Assembly: GCA_964393035.1 (NCBI GenBank)
Contig: CAYMRX010000003.1
Location: forward strand, 212,846-276,845
DNA length: 64,000 bases
Direction of reading: 5' to 3'
Source of the DNA: an uncultured Tabrizicola sp.
Lineage (GTDB): Bacteria > Pseudomonadota > Alphaproteobacteria > Rhodobacterales > Rhodobacteraceae
Shown here: one piece after another, positions 1 to 8,120 of the stretch
Layout of the letters: every line of letters begins with the position of its first letter
How positions within the stretch are numbered: position 1 is the first letter of the stretch
Position numbers and translations under genes: made by a program
Notes under the pieces: generated by a model
What the model saw: the letters and a program-made list of their open reading frames with translations, nothing else
What the model was told of the DNA's origin: nothing
Database searches by the model: none

Positions 1-1
1 C

Positions 2-37
2 TTTCGCTGCGCAGCGAAACGTGCCGGGGCGCCCGGC
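2..37 (-). terminator. Possible terminator hairpins downstream of the ferredoxin gene; the tail lies outside the window
   Basis: An 18-nt perfect palindrome TTTCGCTGCGCAGCGAAA lies at 2-19 and a GC hairpin GCCGGG-GCG-CCCGGC at 23-37, just 3' of the minus-strand stop at 51. No U-tract can be seen because the window ends. Confidence 0.3.
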
Positions 38-50
38 TCGATGGGTTGCC

Positions 51-371
51 TCAGCGCCCCGTAGCCACTTGAAAGACGGCGCCATCCAGCGCCTCTGTGA
101 CGATGATCTGGCAGGTCAGGCGACTGTTCTCGCGCGGCTCATGCGCGTTGAATTCAACCGTATCCGCCTCATCCTGCTTCTGTGCTGACAAAGCGCCATC
201 GGCGGCCGAAATCACATAGCAATGGCAGGTCGCGCACATCGCTGATCCGCCGCATTCCGCGATGATGCCCCTGACCCCGGCATTGCGCGCCGGATACATC
301 AATGGTTCGCCCACCGGGGCCTCGATTGCCCGCCGCGTGCCGTCAGCCTCGATGAATGTGACCTGAACCAT
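51..371 (-). CDS. 2Fe-2S ferredoxin, adrenodoxin/putidaredoxin type (likely P450 redox partner)
   Basis: 106 aa. Cys cluster ECGGSAMCATCHC plus a distal LTCQI Cys. ATG start with a GGGGGA RBS. Last gene of the P450 operon. Confidence 0.9.
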   Translation of the reverse strand: MVQVTFIEADGTRRAIEAPVGEPLMYPARNAGVRGIIAECGGSAMCATCHCYVISAADGALSAQKQDEADTVEFNAHEPRENSRLTCQIIVTEALDGAVFQVATGR

Positions 372-381
372 TCCGTCCCCC

Positions 382-1128
382 TCAGATGAACTGCCGCCCG
401 CCGTCGATCACCAGCGTCTGGCCGGTCATATAGCCTGACAGCGGCGAGGCGAGCATCAGCGCACCCCCAACGATATCTTCAACCTCTGCCGCCCGCTTCA
501 GCGCGGCGCGGTCGACACCATAGCTGCGGGCGTTTTCCATCAGGCCAAGGCTGGCTTCCGTCATAGTAAAACCCGGTGCCAGCACATTCACCCGCACCTC
601 ATCCGCCCCCATTTCCTTGGCCATGGTGCGGCTAAGACCAATGACCGCACCCTTCGAGGCGACATAGTGCATCCACAGCGGCGAGCCAGAAAACACGGTG
701 GACGAGGCGATGTTCACAATCGCGCCCTTGGCAGCACGCAACTGGGGCGAAAAGGCCCGGCACATCTGCCAGACGCCCTTGACGTTGACCGCCATGACCC
801 CGTCCCAGACATCTTCGTCAAGGTCTTCAAAGTTGCGCCGCTCCAACCCGCCATACATCGCGGCATTGTTCACCAGCACATCCACCCCGCCCATCTGCGC
901 CTGCGCCAGATCGGCCAAGGCACGGCAACTTGCGGTATTGGTCACATCGACCTGCGCGGCAATCGCGCCTGTCAGGGCGGCGGTTTCCTTGCAGCCCGCG
1001 AGGTTGACATCACAGGCCATGACCTGTGCGCCCGCCTTGACAAACGCCAGCACAAAGGCCCGGCCAAGCCCCCCGGCCGCGCCAGAGATCACCACCCGTT
1101 TGCCCGCAAGCCCCAGATCGGTCGTCAT
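382..1128 (-). CDS. Short-chain dehydrogenase/reductase (SDR)
   Basis: I take the internal ATG (MTTDLGLAGKRVVISGAAGGLGRAF) as the start. It overlaps the upstream stop by 4 nt (ATGA). Motifs: Gly-rich NAD site, NNAA, YVASK (YxxxK). Confidence 0.85.
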   Translation of the reverse strand: MTTDLGLAGKRVVISGAAGGLGRAFVLAFVKAGAQVMACDVNLAGCKETAALTGAIAAQVDVTNTASCRALADLAQAQMGGVDVLVNNAAMYGGLERRNFEDLDEDVWDGVMAVNVKGVWQMCRAFSPQLRAAKGAIVNIASSTVFSGSPLWMHYVASKGAVIGLSRTMAKEMGADEVRVNVLAPGFTMTEASLGLMENARSYGVDRAALKRAAEVEDIVGGALMLASPLSGYMTGQTLVIDGGRQFI

Positions 1129-1727
1129 GCGCCCGCCCCCATGTAGTTCGTCAATTCCAATTCTGCCCGCAAACTGGCGGTGAAGCCTTCGGCCATCGCC
1201 TTGCCCGGCGCCGTCAGCAGGCGCGGGTTTGACACCACCGAAACCATGTCGATGTATTCGGCGAGTGACCAATCATACCAGCCGCGAATGATCCGCATGC
1301 CATGCGGCGTGGTGCGCCAGCCCTTGTCGGCATCTTTCATCACCGCGTCATTCAGGGATCGCGCCTCGTTCGTGGTGTCATGGCCGTCGATGATGGCCAA
1401 AATCTCCTCCACCCGGCCCACGCCATGGTGGTTCAAGATGTCGCGCGCGATCACGACCGAGTGGCGTTCATGCTCAAAGACCAGATCACGCCGCGTCGGG
1501 TTGCGACCGATGGCGGCCAACAGCAACTCTGGCGGAATGCGTTTCCAGCCGACGTCATGAAGCAGGATCGCGGGCAGGACGACATCGGCCTCGGCCTCGG
1601 GCAGTTGCGACAAGAGCGCCTTGGCGACGCCATAGGCGACCTGCGTGTGTTCGTCATTGTTGCGCACATCAAGATAGGGCCTTGCCTCGGCCCAAAGTGG
1701 TTCATCCTCGGGGCGAAGCAGGCTCAT
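1125..1727 (-). CDS. HD-domain metal-dependent protein, paralog 2
   Basis: 200 aa. Motifs DEHTQ, LLHDVGW, EHERH, IIDGHDT, KDADKGW. ATGA overlap with the ALDH stop. Colinear similarity to the 3173-3769 product. Confidence 0.8.
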   Translation of the reverse strand: MSLLRPEDEPLWAEARPYLDVRNNDEHTQVAYGVAKALLSQLPEAEADVVLPAILLHDVGWKRIPPELLLAAIGRNPTRRDLVFEHERHSVVIARDILNHHGVGRVEEILAIIDGHDTTNEARSLNDAVMKDADKGWRTTPHGMRIIRGWYDWSLAEYIDMVSVVSNPRLLTAPGKAMAEGFTASLRAELELTNYMGAGA

Positions 1728-3160
1728 CGCGGAACCTCGTAGCTTAGATACATGGTCTTGTATTCCAGATAGCTTTCCACGCCGTAGCGCCCCTTTTCGC
1801 GGCCAAGCCCGCTTTCCTTGACGCCACCGAAGGGTTCATAATGCGAGGAGCGCTGAATGTCATTCAGCCAGACCGACCCGGCCTCCATCCCCTCGCACAG
1901 GGTCAGGCCACGGGCGAGATCGCGGGTAAAGACAAAGCCCGCAAGGCCATAGCGGTTGTCATTGGCAAAGGCCAAGGCTTGCCACGGGTCGCCCACCGGG
2001 CAAATGCCCAAGACCGGACCAAAGGTTTCTTCCGTCAGCACCAGCATGTCATGTGTGGCATCGGCCACCAGCGTCGGCTGATAATAGAACCCGCCGTCAA
2101 ACCCCGGCCCCGTCTGCCGTTGCCCGCCACAGAGGATGCGCGCGCCCTTGGTACGGGCGTCGTCGACCTGGATGGCGGAGTTGGCGTAGATCTTTTCATT
2201 GACCAAGGGGCCAAGATCACCCTCACCGCCTACCGGCGCGAGGGTGAATGTCTGCACCCTTGCCAACAGCTTTTGCAGGAAGCGGTCATAGACCGGGCGC
2301 TCGACGTAAATGCGGTTGACCCGATAGCAGAACTGGCCGGAATTGGCGAAACCGTGGCGGGCAATCGCCTCGGCGGCCTTGTCGATATCGGCATCGGCGC
2401 AGACGATGGCGGCAGATTGGCCGCCCAGCTCCAGCGTCACGCGCTTCATGGTTTGAACGGCGGCGGCGGCGATGGCCTTGCCTGCGCTGGTGCCGCCGGT
2501 GAAGGCTATCTTGCGGGGGACCGGGTGGTTGACCAGCGCATCGCCAATCGCCCGACCTGCACCGGTGACGACGTTGAACACACCGGCAGGCAGGCCCGCC
2601 TTGTAGAAAATCTCGGCCAGAAGCAGCGTTGAAGTCGGCGTGTCAGCGGAAGGTTTGGCGACCACGGTGCAACCGGCGACCAGCGCGGCCCCGAGTTTGA
2701 ACATCAAAAGGTTCAGCGGATAGTTGAACGGCGTGATCGCCACCACGACACCCACCGGATCGCGCGTCACGATGGTCTTTTCGCCAACCCCTCCGCTTGT
2801 CATATGCGCTTGCAGCCGCAGGCCTTCTTCGGCGTAGATGTCCAGCAGATCCGCAGCGCGCGCCACTTCTTGCAAGCAGGCAGGCAAAGGGCGGCCAAGT
2901 TCCTTGTGCAGTGCACCGCCCACCAGATCGGCGGCCTCGCGCATCGCCTGCGCCAGCCGCTTTTGCAGCCTCACGCGGTCGGCCATCGGCACCTGCCGCC
3001 AGCTTGCAAAGGCGCGTTGCGCAGAACGGATGGCGATATCAGCATCTTCGGCACCGCCCTGCGGCACGGTGTCAAAGACGGCACCAGAGCGCGGATCAGT
3101 CACGGGTTGCGTGGCACCGCTGACAGCGGGCGCCCAGCGCCCTTCGATGAACATTTCCAT
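1724..3160 (-). CDS. NAD(P)-dependent aldehyde dehydrogenase
   Basis: 478 aa. ALDH hallmarks: ELGGQS and the catalytic-Cys context NSGQFCY. Confidence 0.92.
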   Translation of the reverse strand: MEMFIEGRWAPAVSGATQPVTDPRSGAVFDTVPQGGAEDADIAIRSAQRAFASWRQVPMADRVRLQKRLAQAMREAADLVGGALHKELGRPLPACLQEVARAADLLDIYAEEGLRLQAHMTSGGVGEKTIVTRDPVGVVVAITPFNYPLNLLMFKLGAALVAGCTVVAKPSADTPTSTLLLAEIFYKAGLPAGVFNVVTGAGRAIGDALVNHPVPRKIAFTGGTSAGKAIAAAAVQTMKRVTLELGGQSAAIVCADADIDKAAEAIARHGFANSGQFCYRVNRIYVERPVYDRFLQKLLARVQTFTLAPVGGEGDLGPLVNEKIYANSAIQVDDARTKGARILCGGQRQTGPGFDGGFYYQPTLVADATHDMLVLTEETFGPVLGICPVGDPWQALAFANDNRYGLAGFVFTRDLARGLTLCEGMEAGSVWLNDIQRSSHYEPFGGVKESGLGREKGRYGVESYLEYKTMYLSYEVPR

Positions 3161-3172
3161 GGTCAGCGCCCC

Positions 3173-3769
3173 TTAAAGCACATGCACTTTCAAAGCCTTG
3201 CGCGTTTGCGCCAAGGCTGCCGTCGCCATCGTCCGGCCCGGCTCAGTTTCAAACTTGGTCAGGATTTTCTCATTCCGCGTGCAATTCTGCGCGGGCGTCT
3301 CGCCGAACCAATCACAGCCCACGGCCGTGCCCGTCACCTCATAGCGCCACAGCTTGTCGCTATCCCGCACGATGCGATCATTGAGGTGGCGCGGGTCAAT
3401 CCGCGTATCATGGCCGTCGATGATCTCGCAGACCTGCGCGATAACGGCCTCGTTCCACCCCGTTTCGCGCAGCACGGCCGTCGCCAGTTTCACGCCCTCG
3501 GCCTCGTGGCGATAGCGCACATCGGATTGCAGGATATTCTCGCCCCGGAACCCGTCCGAAATGATCGTCTCCATGTCGATCGCCCACCAGCCGATATCAT
3601 GCAGAAGGATCGCCAGCAGGCAGACATCGCGGTCGGCCTGCGGAAAATGCTCCAACAGCCGCGCGCACCAGTCGAAGGACAGGGGGATATGCACATCGTT
3701 CTTGCGCGCCCGCATATAGGGTTCTGCGGCGCGCCAGACCGGGTCATAGCGCGAAAGGTCGTGCGTCAT
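3173..3769 (-). CDS. HD-domain metal-dependent protein, paralog 1
   Basis: Start set at the internal ATG (MTHDLSRYDPVW...) by alignment with the paralog N-terminus (MSLLRPEDEPLW...). Motifs DVHIP, LLHDIGW, RYRHEAEG, IIDGHDT, RDSDKLW. Confidence 0.75.
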   Translation of the reverse strand: MTHDLSRYDPVWRAAEPYMRARKNDVHIPLSFDWCARLLEHFPQADRDVCLLAILLHDIGWWAIDMETIISDGFRGENILQSDVRYRHEAEGVKLATAVLRETGWNEAVIAQVCEIIDGHDTRIDPRHLNDRIVRDSDKLWRYEVTGTAVGCDWFGETPAQNCTRNEKILTKFETEPGRTMATAALAQTRKALKVHVL

Positions 3770-3823
3770 CGGTTTGGTCCGTTTTGGGCAGGGGTGGGGG
3801 GGCATTGCTGCCCCCCAATGCAT

Positions 3824-5635
3824 TCAATCAAGGATCGTCACGGTGCCGGTGTTGCCATCCACCCGCAGCCGCATGCCGGTCTTGATCTTGGCCGTCGCGG
3901 TGCCGGTGCCGGTCACGGCGGGCAGGCCGTATTCGCGGCAGACGATGGCGGCGTGGCTCATCATGCCGCCGATGTCGGTGACGGCTGCGGCGATCTTGCC
4001 AAAGACCGGGGCCCAGGACGGCGCGGTGACGGGCGTGACCAGAATCTCGCCCTTTTGCAATTCGCCCAACTGGTCGGGGCTGCGCAGAACCCGGGCGATG
4101 CCTTCGACAGCCCCCGGCGCTGCTGCCATCCCCTTCAGGCCACCGGACTCATCCCCCTTGCCCGTCCAGCGGTCAATGGCGTCCGAGGTGATGCCCCAGA
4201 GCATGATGGTGAAGGGTTCGGTGATGACCTCGGGCGGATCGTTCAACGCGGGCAGCGGCGGCTGGCTGGCCAAGGCCGACACCAAGACACGGCGTCGGGC
4301 AACCTCGGCCGGCCAGATGGCCGAACCGACATTCGGCGTGCCAATCGCCCAAGCCGCGCCGTAATCCCACAGCACATCGCGCACCTCGTTGCGGTTGAGG
4401 TAGAACATGCCGTCCTCATCCGGCCAGAAGCCCGCCTCAGACAGCATCTTCGACAATTCCCGCATCTTGCGCCAGAACACGCCCAGCGCCCAATGTTCGA
4501 TATAGAAGTTGTGGTCTTCCACGTAAGGGAACACGGTGCGCGCCAGGCCCAGCTTGCCGTCAAACACGGCCTGCGCCTCCTCATCCATCATGTCGCGGTA
4601 TTCTTCGGTGATCCGGTCACGCTCTTTCAACAACCGCTCGGTCGGGCGCTCGATCTGCTCGCCCGCCTTGGCGCGCGGGATATAGTCGCGCAGATACCCC
4701 AGCGGAATATCGAGATGGTCGATCCAGTATTTGTCGGTCGAATAGAAGCCGTTGCCGGAGGTAAAATTGAACCACGGATCCTGCGCGGCCTTCCACGCGG
4801 CCAGCCACTTGGCCCCGTTCGGTGCTTTGCCGACAGCGGCCAAAGCCTCATCCACCGAACCGGTCATCAGCGCGCCATCCACGCCAAGTTCCACCGCCAG
4901 ACGGGCCAGTTTCTTGATCTCGTCATCGGGGCGGAACAGCTCGCTGTCCACACCCTGCACCATCTTGGCAATCGCCTGATCTGGAATGGTGGGGAATTGC
5001 GATTTCACGAAACCGAAGAAATCCAGATAGGCCGCATAGCCCAGATTCAGGAATTCGAAGTGGTATTGCCAAGTCTTGTAGCTGAGTTCGATCAGCTTGT
5101 CGTAGGCCTCGAAAATCGCGTTGGTGTTGTCCAGCCCGACGCCACCCTTGACCCAATCCACCGGCACGACATCCGGCAATTCGGTGAAGGAAATCGCGCT
5201 CATCTGCGCGATCATGTCCATGACCTTGGTCTTCCAGTTGGCCAGAAGATCGTTCCAGTTCATGAAGTAATGCCCGGCGCGGTCCAGAAACTGCGGGATG
5301 CGGGCCTCGATGTTTTCGGGGGCCACGGCCACCGGGCTGAAATAGACGAACCCGTTCAGGATGCGGTAGTCGATGCCGTTGGCGGGCGGCACCAGAAGAT
5401 GGCGGCTATTGTATTGGCCAAGGCATTTGATCGCGAAATCAAGGAAGATCACATCGAACGGGCGCAGCGGCGTCGGCCAGTGCTGGCTGTTGCAGAACCA
5501 GAACTTTTCGTCGTCCTCCTTGCGGCGCGAGGGCTGGAACTGGGTGTAATAGGGGTAAAGCCCCTCCCAGCCTTCCGCCCCCTTCGGTGCCTTCACATCA
5601 AAGGCACTGGGGAACATCGGGGTCTTGGCGTCCAT
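3824..5635 (-). CDS. PEP-utilizing enzyme with C-terminal swivel phospho-histidine domain (PpsA-like large subunit of a split PEP synthase/phenylphosphate synthase-type enzyme)
   Basis: 603 aa. The C-terminus GEILVTPVTAPSWAPVFGKIAAAVTDIGGMMSHAAIVCREYGLPAV is a typical PEP-utilizer mobile domain with the catalytic His. Strong RBS AGGGAGGAAA. Confidence 0.85.
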   Translation of the reverse strand: MDAKTPMFPSAFDVKAPKGAEGWEGLYPYYTQFQPSRRKEDDEKFWFCNSQHWPTPLRPFDVIFLDFAIKCLGQYNSRHLLVPPANGIDYRILNGFVYFSPVAVAPENIEARIPQFLDRAGHYFMNWNDLLANWKTKVMDMIAQMSAISFTELPDVVPVDWVKGGVGLDNTNAIFEAYDKLIELSYKTWQYHFEFLNLGYAAYLDFFGFVKSQFPTIPDQAIAKMVQGVDSELFRPDDEIKKLARLAVELGVDGALMTGSVDEALAAVGKAPNGAKWLAAWKAAQDPWFNFTSGNGFYSTDKYWIDHLDIPLGYLRDYIPRAKAGEQIERPTERLLKERDRITEEYRDMMDEEAQAVFDGKLGLARTVFPYVEDHNFYIEHWALGVFWRKMRELSKMLSEAGFWPDEDGMFYLNRNEVRDVLWDYGAAWAIGTPNVGSAIWPAEVARRRVLVSALASQPPLPALNDPPEVITEPFTIMLWGITSDAIDRWTGKGDESGGLKGMAAAPGAVEGIARVLRSPDQLGELQKGEILVTPVTAPSWAPVFGKIAAAVTDIGGMMSHAAIVCREYGLPAVTGTGTATAKIKTGMRLRVDGNTGTVTILD

Positions 5636-5677
5636 TTGCGTTTCCTCCCTGAAACGGACTTTTGGTTGGACCGTGCG

Positions 5678-6742
5678 TCAGCGCTTCACGGTCAAGGCTG
5701 AATTCAGCGTGCCGACGATCCCCATCATGCCGGTTGCATAGGTCTTTTTCGGGGTTTCGGTCTTTTTCTGGCTCCAGATCGTCTCGGGCCGCGATTGCAG
5801 CGCGAGAAGGTTTTCACCCTCGGGCAGATCGGCGTCGATCGCCCATTCCACGTCCTGCGGGCATTTGTTCTGCCGCTCCAGCCGCTTGGCCAAGGCGGCC
5901 ACGGCGACCACCTCGGCATCGGTCAGGCATTGGCGGTGGCGACGGTCAGCGGACACCTCGCGCTCCACCGCCTCACCGGCCTCGGCGTCGCCCACAAGTT
6001 CGACATGCTTGTCTGAAATCTTGCGGTCGATGATTTCCATCAGCACTTTTTCAACGGTGAAATTGTCAGGCGTCACCACGCCCGAGACCACCATTTCGCC
6101 CAGGCCCCAGGAGGCATCGATCACGATCTTGGTCCGGTCGCCGTTCACCGGGTCCAGCGACATCACCACACCGGCGGCGCGGGCGTTGACCATCTTCTGC
6201 ACGCCGACACTCATCAAAACGTCGATATGCGGGATGCGGTTCTTCTCGCGGTAGGCCACGGCGCGGGTGGTATAAAGCGAGGCCCAGCAATCGCGGACCT
6301 TCTCCACCACCTGATCGGCCCCGCGCACCCAAAGGTAGGTGTCTTGCTGGCCGGCAAAGGACGCGTCCGGCAGGTCTTCCGCCGTAGCAGACGACCGCAC
6401 GGCCACGGGCATATCATCGCCCATCGCGGCATAGGCGGCGCGGATATCAGCCTCAACCTGCGGCGGCAGTTTGTGGCTGCGGATACGGATGCGGATGGCT
6501 TGGGCGGCGCGGTCGATCTGATCGATGTCGAAGGGGTCCACGCCCGCCAGATGGCGTTCGATTTCAGCTTTCATGCCGTGGTGATCCAGCATCGCCTGAT
6601 AGGCTTCGGTGGTCACCGCAAAGCCCGGCGGCACCGCCACCCCGGCCTGTGTCATTTCGCCCAAACTGGCGCATTTGCCGCCGACGCGGGCGAAATCGGC
6701 ATGGCTGATGCGGCTGAAATCCAGCGTGTAAAGGTCGCTCAT
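5678..6742 (-). CDS. PEP/pyruvate-binding ATP-grasp domain protein (PpsB-like small subunit)
   Basis: 354 aa. The N-terminus VGGKCASLGEM...GVAVPPGFAVT is typical of the PPDK/PEP synthase nucleotide-binding domain. The start overlaps the P450 stop by 4 nt. Confidence 0.85.
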   Translation of the reverse strand: MSDLYTLDFSRISHADFARVGGKCASLGEMTQAGVAVPPGFAVTTEAYQAMLDHHGMKAEIERHLAGVDPFDIDQIDRAAQAIRIRIRSHKLPPQVEADIRAAYAAMGDDMPVAVRSSATAEDLPDASFAGQQDTYLWVRGADQVVEKVRDCWASLYTTRAVAYREKNRIPHIDVLMSVGVQKMVNARAAGVVMSLDPVNGDRTKIVIDASWGLGEMVVSGVVTPDNFTVEKVLMEIIDRKISDKHVELVGDAEAGEAVEREVSADRRHRQCLTDAEVVAVAALAKRLERQNKCPQDVEWAIDADLPEGENLLALQSRPETIWSQKKTETPKKTYATGMMGIVGTLNSALTVKR

Positions 6743-7995
6743 TTGCCCGCCCCTGTTTTCCCCGTCTCCACCATCACCGATTGCGGCACGCGGAAGCCAA
6801 GGTTGCGGTGGTATTGCGCCTCGAACCCGTCCACCAACTTCATGTCAGGGAAGCGTGCGGGGAGTTGTTTGAACAGTTCCGTGGCCTCCATCTTGGCAAG
6901 CTGGAAGCCAAGGCAGTAGTGGATGCCATAGCCAAAGGACAAATGGGTGCGGGCATTGCTGCGCGTCAGGTTCAGCTTTTCGCCATCGGGGAATTGCGCC
7001 TCATCCCGGTTGGCAGACCCTGTAATCATCAGGATTTCCGCGCCCTCCGGCAGGTCCACCCCGCCGACCGTGGTGGCGTGGCGGGCCTTGCGGCGCCAGC
7101 CGATGACCGAAGGGGTAAAGCGCAGCATTTCCTCCACCGCATTGGGGATCAGCGCCGGATCGGCCTTCAACTGCTCCCAGGCGTCGCGGTGCTGCATGAT
7201 GGTCAGCACATAATTGCCCATGAAGGTCGAAGTTGTCTCGTGCCCCGCGAATAGCGTGGAATAAAGCACGCCCGCAATTTCCTCATCGCTGATCTCGGCG
7301 CCCTCGGCCTGCAAGCGCAAAAGGTCGGACGGAAAGTCATCGCCCGGCGTCTTGCGGCGCATGTCCAGCAGATCGTGGATGTATTTCCAATAGGCCACCA
7401 TGTCATGGGCCACCTCGACCTGTTCGTCGTCGGTCAGCTCGCCCCATGTCATCTTGCCCCGGCTGGCGCCGTATTGCTTGATCTTCGGTACATCCTCGTC
7501 CGGGATGCCCATCAGGGTGAACAGCACATAGGCCGGCACCGGATAGGCGACCACTTCCCAAAAATTCACCGGGCCGCCTGCGCCCTGCGCCTCCAACTGG
7601 TCGAGATGGCGGCGCACGATGCCTTCGATCTGCGGCTGGATCGACTTGAACCGGCGCGGGCCAAAGCAGGACTGCGCCACCTTGCGGATACGGGTATGAT
7701 CGGGGGGGACGCGGGCGGTCAGGCCGGAATAGGCGGTGAAGCCGCCATCCGTCAGAACCTTGCGCCCCGCTTCGCACATCGCCCGCACGGGCTTTTGCGC
7801 GTTTTCGGAACTGAAGGTCTTGTAGTCGTCGAAAATCGCCTTGATGTCGTCATAGCGCGTCACCACCCAATAATTGGTGGCTTCGTGAAAGAAGATCGGT
7901 TCTTCGCGGCGAAGCTCGGCCCATTTGGCATGGGGTTTGTTCAGATCGAACGGGTCAAAGCCGTCGGCCGGCGTGGCGCCTGCGTGGTCCTTCAT
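6739..7995 (-). CDS. Cytochrome P450 monooxygenase
   Basis: 418 aa. Heme-binding loop FGYGIHYCLG, I-helix AGHETT, ExxR (EEMLR). RBS AGGGAGGA. Confidence 0.93.
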   Translation of the reverse strand: MKDHAGATPADGFDPFDLNKPHAKWAELRREEPIFFHEATNYWVVTRYDDIKAIFDDYKTFSSENAQKPVRAMCEAGRKVLTDGGFTAYSGLTARVPPDHTRIRKVAQSCFGPRRFKSIQPQIEGIVRRHLDQLEAQGAGGPVNFWEVVAYPVPAYVLFTLMGIPDEDVPKIKQYGASRGKMTWGELTDDEQVEVAHDMVAYWKYIHDLLDMRRKTPGDDFPSDLLRLQAEGAEISDEEIAGVLYSTLFAGHETTSTFMGNYVLTIMQHRDAWEQLKADPALIPNAVEEMLRFTPSVIGWRRKARHATTVGGVDLPEGAEILMITGSANRDEAQFPDGEKLNLTRSNARTHLSFGYGIHYCLGFQLAKMEATELFKQLPARFPDMKLVDGFEAQYHRNLGFRVPQSVMVETGKTGAGK

Positions 7996-8077
7996 CGCGG
8001 TATCCTCCCTATGATGTCCGGCCGCTCTCTCCCAAAAGCTGAGCCTGACATGTTGAGAATCAGCCTAAGTCCGCTGG

Positions 8078-8094
8078 CTTTGGTTTTTCTTTGG
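8078..8094 (-). promoter_or_regulatory. Direct repeat CCAAAG-AAAAA-CCAAAG (11-nt periodicity) upstream of the P450 operon; candidate SARP-type activator site
   Basis: The plus strand reads CTTTGGTTTTTCTTTGG. On the coding (minus) strand it lies 83-99 nt upstream of the P450 ATG. It matches the repeat at 9616-9632 at 16 of 17 positions. Confidence 0.4.
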
Positions 8095-8120
8095 CGGTTT
8101 TCACGGCAGGCGAAAAACCG

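Noticed and set aside
2804-5701. 965-aa plus-strand ORF, the longest ORF in this part of the track
   Set aside because: It runs antisense to the ALDH, HD and PEP-utilizing genes, all of which have clear family motifs. Its translation is Arg/Gly/His/Pro/Ala-rich with no recognisable domain. This is a typical shadow ORF of a high-GC genome.
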